Of a stretch of 64,000 nucleotides of DNA, positions 46,512-56,284 are shown piece by piece. The translations under genes were made by a program, and so were the position numbers. The notes below the pieces were generated by a model. It made no database searches, had not been told where the DNA came from, and was given only the letters and a program-made list of their open reading frames with translations. Origin of the DNA: Bacteroidota bacterium (lineage in GTDB: Bacteria; Bacteroidota; Bacteroidia; Bacteroidales; WCHB1-69); assembly GCA_022708105.1 (NCBI GenBank), contig JAKIZI010000003.1, positions 14,544 through 78,543 of the forward strand, read 5' to 3'. Position 1 is the first letter of the stretch. Every line of letters begins with the position of its first letter.

Positions 46512-48347
46512 TCATGATTTTACTTTTTTGTATTTTTTCCTTGCGGCAATATAAACTGCAAATGAAATGCCGACAAATAATAGAATTAAGAAATAGCGGG
46601 CTAAAGAAATGTAAAAAATCGGATTAATAAAAGACCCTGCCATAATAGGTGTTCCGATGGAAACAATGGTATCTTTACAAACAAGATTTTGGGATTTCTC
46701 TTTCAAAGGATATGATTTCACGTAGCCATTCATGAGGCAATTTTCATTGAGACAGGCAATGTCAAGGTAATGACCATCTTCTTTTTGAACAATGCCTATG
46801 ACACGCCCATGCACATCCGAATAGAGCGTATCTGCAAACCATTGATTGTTTGGACCGACATCCTTTCCTTTTATTTTTCCTAAAATACTTGTTTTATCCA
46901 CTTCCCAACCCCGAAGACTAATGGCAGACCAGTCATCCTGAGCCGGTTTGAAAAAGGCGGTCAAAAAGATAACAATTAGCAGAATAGGAGTGATGTATAG
47001 TAGAATATATTTAAAGATTAACGGCACGCGAATGTCGGCGGCACGCGTAAACTCTTTCCAACTTTTTCGAATACCGAAAACCCACGAGAAAAGGATTACT
47101 TGCATCATGGCAAAGAAAAAGAGTGAAGCGGTTCCCGCCCAATAATCATATTCATCAAAAACGCCCTCTTTAAAAAAGAGTATTGTAGGAATTCCGCATA
47201 TCAATACTGCTGTGCCGGTGATGAGCGCAGCTTTTTTCTTTTGAACATTATAATCATCCTGCAAAAAACTGACAATGGGCGTACACATTGCGAGAGAAGA
47301 GGTGATGCCGGCTATAAAGAGTAGTCCAAAAAATGCTACCCCCATAAATGCTCCGAGCCATGGTCCCCATTTTTGAAAAAGAAACGGGAGTGTCTGGAAA
47401 GCAATTCCGAATCCTCCTTCTTCGGTAACCATTGATTGAACCGTTTCTAACCCGAAAAAACCTACGGATATGGAGATCAGGATTGTCCCGCCCAACACGA
47501 TTTCCACAAATTCATTCATAAAACCTGTCGCTAAAGAGCTGAGGGCAATGTCTTGGTTTTGACGGATATATGATGCATAACATTGAATGCATCCCATCCC
47601 GACGGAAAGGGTGAAAAACATTTGGCCGGCCGCGGCAAACCAAACTTTGGGATCCCATAACGATTCATAATGCGGCGTCCATAAAAAATTCAAACCTTCC
47701 AGTCCGTTGACTACTGCACCGTGTTCGCCTTCTTGAATTGATACTCCTTTAATGGCTAAAATGATGCCCAATATAATCAACAGAGGGACGCCCCAAATGG
47801 CGACTTTTTCAATTCCCCCTCTTAAGCCTTTACTTAATATATATATGTTAATAGTTAAACATAAAAGATAGAAAAGAATATTCTCGTAAGGAATTCCCGA
47901 TAATGTAGTATTTGTGTTGTGGTAATCATTAAACAAAGCAGCGACTTCATGTTGCGACAAATCACGGAAAGTGCCAATGATGGAATGATAGACATAGGAT
48001 AGTGTCCAGCTCTCAATATAACAATAGTATGATGCAATTACCAAATTGGAAAAAATGCCAAAAACCCCAATATATCGCCATATTACTTTTCGTCCCATTT
48101 TATTCATGATAAAAGGCGTGGAATGAAATCCGAATTTTCCTCCGTATCTGCCAATCGTCCATTCAACAAAAAGCAACGGAATGCCCATCAAAACAAAACA
48201 AACCAAATAGGGGATAATAAATGCACCTCCGCCATTTTCAATGGCCTGAATTGGAAAACGCAAAAAATTGCCGAATCCTATGGCATTTCCGGCCATTGCC
48301 AAAACTAATCCGATTTTACTCCCCCAATTCTCTTTTTTAACGGACAT
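46512..48347 (-). CDS. sodium-dependent transporter, SNF (neurotransmitter:sodium symporter) family
   Basis: 611 aa. N-terminal signature NWGSKIGLVLAMAGNAIGFGNFLRFP. Polytopic. Confidence 0.85.
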   Translation of the reverse strand: MSVKKENWGSKIGLVLAMAGNAIGFGNFLRFPIQAIENGGGAFIIPYLVCFVLMGIPLLFVEWTIGRYGGKFGFHSTPFIMNKMGRKVIWRYIGVFGIFSNLVIASYYCYIESWTLSYVYHSIIGTFRDLSQHEVAALFNDYHNTNTTLSGIPYENILFYLLCLTINIYILSKGLRGGIEKVAIWGVPLLIILGIILAIKGVSIQEGEHGAVVNGLEGLNFLWTPHYESLWDPKVWFAAAGQMFFTLSVGMGCIQCYASYIRQNQDIALSSLATGFMNEFVEIVLGGTILISISVGFFGLETVQSMVTEEGGFGIAFQTLPFLFQKWGPWLGAFMGVAFFGLLFIAGITSSLAMCTPIVSFLQDDYNVQKKKAALITGTAVLICGIPTILFFKEGVFDEYDYWAGTASLFFFAMMQVILFSWVFGIRKSWKEFTRAADIRVPLIFKYILLYITPILLIVIFLTAFFKPAQDDWSAISLRGWEVDKTSILGKIKGKDVGPNNQWFADTLYSDVHGRVIGIVQKEDGHYLDIACLNENCLMNGYVKSYPLKEKSQNLVCKDTIVSIGTPIMAGSFINPIFYISLARYFLILLFVGISFAVYIAARKKYKKVKS

Positions 48348-48442
48348 AAATGAGGATATTTAACAATTAATCTGTTTATGATGATGCAAATTTAATTTTT
48401 TTTTTAATTGTTGTTCTGAAAAAAATAAAAAAATAAAAAAAT

Positions 48443-48545
48443 GGTGTCTGAGCCGGGGAAAATACTATATTTTTGTTCCAATACAGGTGTATTTTTCCTT
48501 TCTTATTCGTGTATTCGGAGTCCGACGGCGTAGCCGGCATGCCCT
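48443..48545. repeat. GC-rich intergenic repeat, probable relative of the 27979-28396 element
   Basis: Starts with GGTGTCTGAGCCGGGGAAAATAC (compare GGTGTCCGGTAAAAAATAA at 27977 and GGTGCCCGGGGGAAATAAG on the minus strand near 52170). Ends with the GC-rich GAGTCCGACGGCGTAGCCGGCATGCCC. Confidence 0.4.
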
Positions 48546-48631
48546 AATCATGATTATACAAATATTATAATGATAGGCAATAATAGAAAAGATGCGAAGT
48601 TATATTATGAAAAAAAATATATCTTTGCAAC

Positions 48632-49591
48632 ATGGAAAAAATGAGCATAAATATTGCTAAATATTTGATAATTAGTGTCATATTAGTTGCTTTTGCTTTT
48701 GATTCACAAGCAAAAGTTGCTTTTTTGTGCCATTCTACCTATACAATTCCGGGCATTGAAGAGGGGAACGGGGTTCAGGATTCTATTCCTCAGGAGTTAA
48801 AAAAGAAAAAAGAGAAAGCTCCTAAGACAAAGAAAAATAATAAAAACAGGGTTTCATTTGAAACTTTTGATTATAACTATGAAAGGGCACTGAAATTTTA
48901 TCAAAACAGTCAGTATCTTTCTGCGGCAAAGATTTTAGAAGAACTCTATCCCCTCTCATTGGGAACCACCAAGGCGGATACAATATTATTTATGTTTGCC
49001 GATTGTTATTATCAGAATAAAGATTATGAGATGGCTGCATTTCATTACAAGGATTATGTAAGACGTTATCCTCGTAGTGAACGTGCCGAATTGGCCTATG
49101 TGATGTCTGTGAAAGCCGTTTATAATATATCTCCCTATTTTGCTTTGGATCAGGCAGAAACAATTTATGCTATAGAAGAGTTGAATATGTTTATTGCGAT
49201 GTATCCGAACAGTAAATATATGGATGAGTGTAATGAAATGCTCGATGTGTTACGAAATAAGTTGGCTAAAAAAGATTTTGAGATTGTGAAACTTTATTTT
49301 GAAACAGAAAATTATAAAGCAACCCAAATTGCCATCACGAACTTTCTGAAAATCTATTCATATTCTAATTATGCGGCTGAAGCTGCCTTTATTTTAGTAA
49401 AGAATAATTTTCAATATGCTAAAAAAAGTGTTGAAAAGAAGAAAGTTGAGCGTTTTCGTGATTGTTTAGACGCATATCAGAGTTTTCGCAACAACTTTCC
49501 CGATTCTCCGTGGCTGACGGAAGCTGCAAAATATGCGGATGAAGCCACCAAACAAATCGAAAAAAAACAAAAAAGTAGAACCAATATTTAA
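48632..49591 (+). CDS. bamD: outer membrane protein assembly factor BamD-like TPR protein
   Basis: 319 aa with TPR-like repeats. Conserved position upstream of rpoZ-coaBC. A TATCTTTG box at 48620-48627 lies only 4 nt from ATG 48632, so ATG 48641 may be the real start. Confidence 0.6.
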   Translation: MEKMSINIAKYLIISVILVAFAFDSQAKVAFLCHSTYTIPGIEEGNGVQDSIPQELKKKKEKAPKTKKNNKNRVSFETFDYNYERALKFYQNSQYLSAAKILEELYPLSLGTTKADTILFMFADCYYQNKDYEMAAFHYKDYVRRYPRSERAELAYVMSVKAVYNISPYFALDQAETIYAIEELNMFIAMYPNSKYMDECNEMLDVLRNKLAKKDFEIVKLYFETENYKATQIAITNFLKIYSYSNYAAEAAFILVKNNFQYAKKSVEKKKVERFRDCLDAYQSFRNNFPDSPWLTEAAKYADEATKQIEKKQKSRTNI

Positions 49592-49601
49592 TCATAGTAA
49601 G

Positions 49602-49937
49602 ATGAAAGCAGAGTACAAAAACATTAAAGCGGAATACGAAGCCGTAACCAGAAATATTCGTGAATTCGATAAAGAAACAGGGAATATTTATGAATCTGTA
49701 TTTATTATTTCGAAAAGAGCGAATCAAGTTGCCGCTGAAATTAAGGATGAGTTGATGCAAAAGATGAAAGAGTTTACATCCGGAACTGATACTTTGGATG
49801 AAATTTATGAGAATCGCGATCAGATAGAATGTGCAAAATATTATGAACAGATTCCGAAACCAACCTTATTGGCTATTAAAGAGTTTGAAGACGGTCAAAT
49901 TTATTATAAACGAAATTTAGAAGAAGATTTATTATAA
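49602..49937 (+). CDS. rpoZ: DNA-directed RNA polymerase subunit omega (Bacteroidota long form)
   Basis: 111 aa from ATG 49602. NIYESVFIISKRANQVAAEI resembles the RpoZ core. The longer ORF-track start overlaps bamD. Confidence 0.6.
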   Translation: MKAEYKNIKAEYEAVTRNIREFDKETGNIYESVFIISKRANQVAAEIKDELMQKMKEFTSGTDTLDEIYENRDQIECAKYYEQIPKPTLLAIKEFEDGQIYYKRNLEEDLL

Positions 49938-49941
49938 TATC

Positions 49942-51147
49942 ATGGCAGTTTCACAAATGCAACGTGTGATTATAGGGATTACAGGGGGGATAGCAGCTTA
50001 TAAGTCGCTATCCCTTATTCGCTTATTCAAAGCACATGGTTGTGAGGTACGCGTTGTGGCAACAACGAATGCGCTTCAATTTGTTACTCCGTTAAGTATT
50101 GAAACTTTATCGCAAAACAGACTTTATGTCAATCAGTTTGAACATAATTTTTCTTATGAGGTAGATCATATCTCATTGGCAGATTGGGCTGATGTGATGG
50201 TGGTTGCCCCTGCCACGGCCAATATTATCGGGAAATATGCCCATGGAATTGCGGATGATTTCTTATCAACATTACTTCTCGCAATTCGAAAACCGCTTTT
50301 TTTTGCTCCGGCAATGAATGATAAGATGTATGCACATCCGGCTGTACAGCAAAATATTCAACTCCTTAAGGAACGTGGTTGTCGAATGATTGATCCCACT
50401 TCAGGAGATTTAGCTTGTGGAACTTACGGCATCGGAAGGATGGAAGATCCTGATATTATTTTTAAATCTGTCTGCGATTTTTTTAATGCTCATAAACCGT
50501 TGATCGGTAAAAAAGCATTGGTTACTGCCGGGCCGACTTATGAACCCATAGACCCGGTTCGTTTTATCGGTAATTATTCTTCCGGCATGATGGGGTTTGA
50601 ATTGGCTAAAGTGTTGTCCGATAAAGGCGCTGAGGTCACCCTGATAACAGGCCCCACCGCATTGCAGCTCTCCACAAAGTCTATTCAACGTATTGATGTA
50701 ATGACGGCCGCCGAAATGAGAACTGCCGTTATGCAAAAATTCTCCGAAGTAGATATCGCTATCATGGCTGCGGCTGTGGCTGATTATACTCCCGAAAATC
50801 CCGAAACTCACAAAATTAAAAAAGTACAAAACCAATGGCAACTTCCCCTGACTAAAACAGTAGATATTCTTGCAGAAATGGGGAAAAGTAAACGTCCGGA
50901 TCAAGTATTGGTCGGTTTTGCCCTTGAAACAGATCGTGAATTGGAACATGCTTTTTCTAAACTCGAAAATAAAAATGCAGATTTTATCGTTCTTAATTCA
51001 TTAAATGATGAAGGAGCAGGGTTTAAATGCAAAACAAATCGAGTTACGATAATCAATAAACATAAAGATATTATTCGAGGGGAACTGAAAGATAAAGCCC
51101 AAGTGGCCGCCGATATTGTGGATGTTATTACGACTGCCCTTGCTTAA
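49942..51147 (+). CDS. coaBC: bifunctional phosphopantothenoylcysteine decarboxylase / phosphopantothenate-cysteine ligase
   Basis: 401 aa. N-terminal flavoprotein motif IGITGGIAAYK. C-terminal CoaB domain (VTAGPTYEPIDPVRFIGNYSSG). Confidence 0.9.
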   Translation: MAVSQMQRVIIGITGGIAAYKSLSLIRLFKAHGCEVRVVATTNALQFVTPLSIETLSQNRLYVNQFEHNFSYEVDHISLADWADVMVVAPATANIIGKYAHGIADDFLSTLLLAIRKPLFFAPAMNDKMYAHPAVQQNIQLLKERGCRMIDPTSGDLACGTYGIGRMEDPDIIFKSVCDFFNAHKPLIGKKALVTAGPTYEPIDPVRFIGNYSSGMMGFELAKVLSDKGAEVTLITGPTALQLSTKSIQRIDVMTAAEMRTAVMQKFSEVDIAIMAAAVADYTPENPETHKIKKVQNQWQLPLTKTVDILAEMGKSKRPDQVLVGFALETDRELEHAFSKLENKNADFIVLNSLNDEGAGFKCKTNRVTIINKHKDIIRGELKDKAQVAADIVDVITTALA

Positions 51148-51164
51148 TAATAAAATAGAAAGTT

Positions 51165-52064
51165 ATGAATTGGAAAACTAAATGGATTCTTTTGTTTTGC
51201 ACGCTGTTGACCTTGACTGCTACAGCTCAAGATTTTCAATGCCAGCTTTCCGTGAATTCCTCTAAAATTTCAGGATCGAATAAAGAACGATATAATAAAT
51301 TGCAACAAGAGTTGTATAATTTTGTGAATGACCGTAAATGGTGTCAGTATAATTTTAAAGTGAATGAACGGATTGAGTGTGCTATGCTGATTACTCTTGA
51401 TGCAGTGGCAGGAGATGTGATAACGGCTTCTATGACCATTCAATTGCAACGGCCTATATTTGGCACTAATTATAAATCAACGGTACTCAATTTTCAGGAT
51501 AAAGATGTGAAGTTTACCTACGAAGAAGGTCAACCGCTTGAATATGTAGATAATGCCAATCTTAATCAACTTACTTCCTTGATGGCGTTTTATCTTAATC
51601 TATTTTTGGCTATGGATTTCGATACTTTTTCACTGAATGGGGGAGCTCCGTATTATACGAAATGTCAATCCATTGTCAGTTTGAATCAAAATGCCGCCGA
51701 ACCGGGTTGGAAAGTTTATGAAACCGGACAAAAAAACAGGTATTGGTTAATGGAGAATCTTACTAATGGGGCCTATTCCAAAATTCATGATTTTTTGTAC
51801 AGCTATCATCGTTTGGGATTGGATGTAATGGCTGAATCTCCCGATGTGGGTAGAGCTTCTATCCTTGAAAGTTTAAAATTGCTTCAAGATGTGAATAAGC
51901 AAAAGTCTAATTTGTATATTATTCAACTTGTTGTTTTGGCAAAATCCCAAGAAATTATCAATATCTTTAAAGAAGGAACTGCAACTGAAAAAACAACGGT
52001 TATTGCAATTATGAAGCAGTTAGATCCTGCCAATCAATCAAAATATGCCGCAATTAATAATTAA
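51165..52064 (+). CDS. DUF4835 family protein
   Basis: 299 aa with a signal peptide. Conserved placement after coaBC in Bacteroidota. The N-terminal pattern (FQCQLSVNSSKI...ERIEC) matches my recollection of DUF4835. Confidence 0.55.
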   Translation: MNWKTKWILLFCTLLTLTATAQDFQCQLSVNSSKISGSNKERYNKLQQELYNFVNDRKWCQYNFKVNERIECAMLITLDAVAGDVITASMTIQLQRPIFGTNYKSTVLNFQDKDVKFTYEEGQPLEYVDNANLNQLTSLMAFYLNLFLAMDFDTFSLNGGAPYYTKCQSIVSLNQNAAEPGWKVYETGQKNRYWLMENLTNGAYSKIHDFLYSYHRLGLDVMAESPDVGRASILESLKLLQDVNKQKSNLYIIQLVVLAKSQEIINIFKEGTATEKTTVIAIMKQLDPANQSKYAAINN

Positions 52065-52070
52065 TTTTTG

Positions 52071-52170
52071 TTAGCGCTGCTACGAAGTGCGTGCATAGGT
52101 CGGGCAAAAAGGAGAGACGGGGAGGATTCTTTTTGCTTTGATTTTTTCAACACTTATTTCCCCCGGGCAC
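52071..52170. repeat. short inverted copy of the GC-rich intergenic repeat family
   Basis: The reverse complement aligns in two blocks with the 28.1 kb element: AAAAAATCAAAGCAAAAAGAAT versus AAAAAATCAAGGTAAAAAGAAT, and CTTTTTGCCCGACCTATGCACGCACTTCGTAGCA versus CTTTTTGCCGGGCCGACGCGCGTGCTTCGTGGCA. It lacks the central hairpin. Confidence 0.6.
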
Positions 52171-52204
52171 CAATAATTTTTTTATTTTTGTTGAAAAATA
52201 TATA

Positions 52205-52906
52205 ATGAATCAAAAGATCAATTATACATATCGGTATCCTCGTCCGGCAGTGACAACGGATTGTGTTGTTTATAGATTTGATAGAGAAGAGTTACAAGTT
52301 TTGCTCATTCAACGGGCAAATGAACCATTTAGAGGGAAATGGGCGTTCCCGGGAGGTTTTTTGGAAATGGAGGAGACTACTCGTCAGGGAGCCCTTAGGG
52401 AACTGAGCGAAGAGACTGGAATAGTTCCAGATTATTTGGAACAATTTTACACATTTAGTGCTATTGACCGAGATCCGCGAGAGCGGGTGATTTCGGTCGC
52501 TTATATAGGATTGGTAAATGGGGTAAAAGAACCTTTTCCCGGAGATGATGCTGCAAAAGCAAGATGGTATCCGATAAGTAAACTTCCTTCATTGGCATTT
52601 GATCATGCTCAATTGTTTGAGTTTTCGTTGCGGTATCTAAAACAGCAAATCCATTTTCATCCTATTTGTTTTATACTCTTAGGAAAAGAATTTACTTTAA
52701 GAGATTTGCAAAAACTTTATGAATCTATTCTAGGGAAAGAATTTGACAAACGTAATTTTTGTCGTAAAATTAATGGATGGGGTATTTTGAAACCTGCTGA
52801 AATGAAATCTGTAGAAAAAAACTCTTGTCGAAAAGGTCGTCTGTTTACTTTTGATGAAAAAAAATACTTCAGTATCAAAGAAGAAGGCTTTAGAATCGAA
52901 TTTTAA
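52205..52906 (+). CDS. NUDIX hydrolase with C-terminal winged-helix-like domain (NrtR-like architecture)
   Basis: 233 aa. Nudix box GGFLEMEETTRQGALRELSEETG. About 90-aa C-terminal extension. Confidence 0.7.
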   Translation: MNQKINYTYRYPRPAVTTDCVVYRFDREELQVLLIQRANEPFRGKWAFPGGFLEMEETTRQGALRELSEETGIVPDYLEQFYTFSAIDRDPRERVISVAYIGLVNGVKEPFPGDDAAKARWYPISKLPSLAFDHAQLFEFSLRYLKQQIHFHPICFILLGKEFTLRDLQKLYESILGKEFDKRNFCRKINGWGILKPAEMKSVEKNSCRKGRLFTFDEKKYFSIKEEGFRIEF

Positions 52907-52911
52907 TAAAG

Positions 52912-53442
52912 TTATTTTTGTTTAACATAAATCAGTTTAGAAACATCATAACCTCTTGTTTTTGCTTTTTCTAAAAGGAAGTTTAGATTTTCCTGCGAAA
53001 GTTGGGGGGTACGTGAAAGAATCCATAAGTAATTATCTTTGATGCTTCCAACTAAAGCAAATTGATAATTTGTATCCAATTCCAATACCTTATAATCGGA
53101 ATAGAAATTTAGAAAAAAGGAAACTTTTAGTTCTCCCGGTTTACTTGCATCGGGGCGTTTAGCTTTGCCGATAGTCTCTTTGTATTTTCCGTTAAATCCA
53201 TGTTTATACCCTGCATTGACAACTTTTAGAGAACCATCTTCTTTTAAAGAATAATTTGCTGTAACCCCAACTAAATTTCGCTCGAAACGATGATCAAATC
53301 GCGCTATTTCGTACCATCTTCCTAAGTATTGATTCAAATCCAGTTCTTTTACAGTTGTTTTGTCAATCTTACTGCTGTCGGGGGAACAACCGGATATACC
53401 CATAATAATTCCGACAAATACGGAAAGGTAAAGTGTTTTCAT
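52912..53442 (-). CDS. blc: bacterial lipocalin (Blc-like outer membrane lipoprotein)
   Basis: 176 aa. Lipoprotein signal (MGISGCSP). Lipocalin motif YLGRWYEIARFDHRFE. Confidence 0.8.
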   Translation of the reverse strand: MKTLYLSVFVGIIMGISGCSPDSSKIDKTTVKELDLNQYLGRWYEIARFDHRFERNLVGVTANYSLKEDGSLKVVNAGYKHGFNGKYKETIGKAKRPDASKPGELKVSFFLNFYSDYKVLELDTNYQFALVGSIKDNYLWILSRTPQLSQENLNFLLEKAKTRGYDVSKLIYVKQK

Positions 53443-53660
53443 AATAAATATTTTAATCTTTTATAATAACAATTTTCCTTTATATATGTTGCTCAAACAA
53501 AACTATTTATTATAAATATTAGTTTTTTTAGGATCGAATTATTTTAGAAAAATAAAGGATCTTAAGTATGGGAAGATCTCATTTTTTTAATAATTTTTTT
53601 TTCTAAAAAGAATAAATGAAGAAAAAATAAAAGAAGGCAGGATTATATTATAATTTTTTG

Positions 53661-53668
53661 TATTTTTG
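53661..53668 (+). promoter_or_regulatory. -7 box TATTTTTG upstream of rpmG
   Basis: 43 nt upstream of ATG 53711. Confidence 0.5.
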
Positions 53669-53710
53669 CACTCCGAAAATGAAATAAAAAAAGTTTAAAC
53701 AGATCTTGTT

Positions 53711-53899
53711 ATGGCAAAGAAAAATAAAGAAGCTCGTCAGCAGGTTATTTTGGAATGTACAGAGCAAAAAGCGAGTGGAGTTCCTGGAATGTCCCGTTAT
53801 ATTTCTACAAAAAACAGAAAGAATACAACGGAAAGATTAGAGTTGAAAAAGTACAATCCTTACTTAAAAAAAGTTACTGTTCATAAAGAAATCAAATAA
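53711..53899 (+). CDS. rpmG: 50S ribosomal protein L33
   Basis: 62 aa. Typical L33 pattern (ILECTE...[29 protein letters not shown]). Confidence 0.9.
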   Translation: MAKKNKEARQQVILECTEQKASGVPGMSRYISTKNRKNTTERLELKKYNPYLKKVTVHKEIK

Positions 53900-53912
53900 A
53901 AACATATAAACT

Positions 53913-54068
53913 ATGGCAAAGAAAGTTGTTGCAACGTTAAAAAAAGAGGGAGGGATTAATTTTACCCGTGTGGTGAAAATGCAACGTTCTCCCAAAACTG
54001 GCGCCTATACATTTAAGGAAGCTATTGTTGAGTCCGGAAATATTAAAGACTTTTTAGCGAAAAAGTAA
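53913..54068 (+). CDS. DUF4295 family small protein (51 aa; below the ORF-track cutoff)
   Basis: Hand translation gives MAKKVVATLKKEGGINFTRVVKMQRSPKTGAYTFKEAIVESGNIKDFLAKK. Lys-rich small protein in the conserved slot between rpmG and ftsY. Followed by a terminator. Confidence 0.65.
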   Translation: MAKKVVATLKKEGGINFTRVVKMQRSPKTGAYTFKEAIVESGNIKDFLAKK

Positions 54069-54090
54069 TATTTTTGTTTCATGATGAAGA

Positions 54091-54124
54091 AAAGCTGAAA
54101 TGATTTTTCATTTCAGCTTTTTTC
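54091..54124 (+). terminator. rho-independent terminator after the rpmG-DUF4295 operon
   Basis: 13-bp stem aaagctgaaatga/tcatttcagcttt with a tttt loop, followed by T residues. Confidence 0.75.
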
Positions 54125-54150
54125 TTATTTTTGCATTAAAAATTAAAAAG

Positions 54151-55104
54151 ATGAGCTTTTTTTCCATTTTCTCCAAAGAAAAAAAAGAAGAATTAAATAA
54201 AGGTTTAGAAAAATCAAAAGAGAATTTTTTTGCCAAACTGGCGAAGTCAGTGGCCGGAAAATCAAAAGTAGATGATGAAGTTCTAGATGAACTTGAAGAG
54301 ACTTTGGTTACTTCTGATGTTGGAGTAACTACTACTTTGAAAATTATTGATCGGATTGAACAGCGTGTTTCCCGAGATAAATATTTGGGAACAACTCAAT
54401 TAAATCTTATTTTACGGGAAGAAATCACTGCTCTCTTGTTGGAAAATGAGCACGAGCATCTTGCTGATTTCGAATTGCCTCAAAGAGAGCATCCGTATGT
54501 GATTATGGTCGTTGGCGTTAACGGAGTCGGAAAGACAACCACGATTGGCAAATTGGCCTATCAGTTCAAGCAAAAAGGATATTCGGTAATGATGGGAGCT
54601 GCCGATACTTTTAGAGCAGCGGCTGTTGACCAACTTGAAGTGTGGGCAGAACGTGCCGGTGTTCCGATAGTTGTACAAGCAATGGGTGCTGACCCCGCGG
54701 CTGTAGCTTACGATACGGTTGCCTCCGCAATTGCAAAAAATGTAGATGTCGTTCTTATAGATACGGCAGGTCGATTGCATAACAAAACCGGATTAATGAA
54801 AGAATTAACCAAAATTAAAAATGTTATTCAAAAATTGATTCCGGAAGGTCCCGATGAAGTGCTATTAGTGTTGGACGGAACGACAGGGCAAAATGCCATT
54901 GAACAAGCCAAACAATTTACTGCGGCCACAGAAGTGAATGCACTTGCCATTACCAAATTGGACGGTACCGCAAAAGGAGGAGTGGTAATAGGTATTTCTG
55001 ACCAATTCAGTATTCCTGTGAAATATATAGGAGTAGGAGAGAAGATTCATCAATTACAAGTGTTTAATCGTCGTGAATTTGTAGATTCACTCTTTCCTGA
55101 ATAA
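54151..55104 (+). CDS. ftsY: signal recognition particle receptor FtsY
   Basis: 317 aa from ATG 54151. The upstream part of the ORF-track frame overlaps the terminator and a TATTTTTG box at 54127-54134. SRP GTPase motifs GVNGVGKTTTIGKLA, DTAGRL and TKLDGTAKGG. Confidence 0.9.
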   Translation: MSFFSIFSKEKKEELNKGLEKSKENFFAKLAKSVAGKSKVDDEVLDELEETLVTSDVGVTTTLKIIDRIEQRVSRDKYLGTTQLNLILREEITALLLENEHEHLADFELPQREHPYVIMVVGVNGVGKTTTIGKLAYQFKQKGYSVMMGAADTFRAAAVDQLEVWAERAGVPIVVQAMGADPAAVAYDTVASAIAKNVDVVLIDTAGRLHNKTGLMKELTKIKNVIQKLIPEGPDEVLLVLDGTTGQNAIEQAKQFTAATEVNALAITKLDGTAKGGVVIGISDQFSIPVKYIGVGEKIHQLQVFNRREFVDSLFPE

Positions 55105-55109
55105 TAAAT

Positions 55110-56270
55110 CTATTTTTTTGTTTTTAAATAATCTGTAATCTTGAGATATAAATCTGTAAAGATAAGAGATGAATTTCCATTTCTTTCAATATGATATATT
55201 GCTTGATTGCAGGCTTCCATAATAGAAGAAATATTCTGTAATCGGATATAGGGACTGCACAATTGAATCACCTTTTTTTCATCGGTAGTTGCTTTTATTA
55301 AGGCGGAATTATTCGTATTTAATAAAAGGATATTACGAAACATACGAATCATATATCGAATAAAACTCTTTTGTCCTTCTCTTTCTTGTGAAATAATTGT
55401 ATTAAAGAGATCCAATAATTCAATGAATTTTACCTTTTCTAAATCATTATTAATATTGGCAATAGAACTATCCATAAAAAAATGAAATTGACGAAGCATC
55501 TCTTTCAGTTCTCCGTTATCTTGATAAATTTTTTGGGCATTAATGTAATTCCCGTCAGCGATTTCCGCAATATCAGCAGCCATTTCTTCACTGATATTAT
55601 ACTTCTTAGCCAATTGAGACTGGATTGTATCTTTGTTGAGTACGGGTATTTTTACCAATTGTGTTCTGGAAAGAATGGTCGGTAATATATTGTCCGAATT
55701 TTCTGCTATGAGTATGAAAAGGGTTTTGTTTTCAGGTTCTTCAAGTGTTTTGAGCAATTTAGGAGCTGCAGAAGGATATAATTTTTCTACCATCCACAAC
55801 AAGTAAATTTTGTATCCACCGGAATAGGAACGAATGCTATTTTGAGCAATGATATTCGAACAATCTCGCGCATTAATAAAGGTTTGCTTATTTTCTCCTC
55901 CCAGTAATGCATTCCAATCATTCAGGTCAATTTGATAATCTTGTTGTAAGATAAAATCGATAAATTCGCTTGTAAATTGTTTGTAGTCAGGGTCTTTTTT
56001 TACTTTTTTTGTAACACAATTCGGGAAAATAAGATGAAAGTCAGGATGAGACAATTTAGAGAATTGGACACAAGAGGGGCACACCCCACAGGAGTCATCA
56101 TCACCTCTGTTTTCACAGCAGAGATATTGGGCATAAGCAACAGCCAAAGCAAATTTGTGCGAGCCGGGAGGACCCAAAAACAGTTGTGCGTGACTAATTC
56201 TGTTTTCTTTGACCAAATTGATTAACTGCCGTTTGAGGCTTTCTTCAACCAATACATCTTTAAATAGCAT
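55110..56270 (-). CDS. holB: DNA polymerase III subunit delta' (clamp-loader AAA+)
   Basis: 386 aa. N-terminal ISHAQLFLGPPGSHK and the zinc module CGVCPSCVQ. The SRTQ sensor motif is in ILSRTQLV. Confidence 0.75.
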   Translation of the reverse strand: MLFKDVLVEESLKRQLINLVKENRISHAQLFLGPPGSHKFALAVAYAQYLCCENRGDDDSCGVCPSCVQFSKLSHPDFHLIFPNCVTKKVKKDPDYKQFTSEFIDFILQQDYQIDLNDWNALLGGENKQTFINARDCSNIIAQNSIRSYSGGYKIYLLWMVEKLYPSAAPKLLKTLEEPENKTLFILIAENSDNILPTILSRTQLVKIPVLNKDTIQSQLAKKYNISEEMAADIAEIADGNYINAQKIYQDNGELKEMLRQFHFFMDSSIANINNDLEKVKFIELLDLFNTIISQEREGQKSFIRYMIRMFRNILLLNTNNSALIKATTDEKKVIQLCSPYIRLQNISSIMEACNQAIYHIERNGNSSLIFTDLYLKITDYLKTKK

Positions 56271-56284
56271 CTCTTGTTTTTCCT

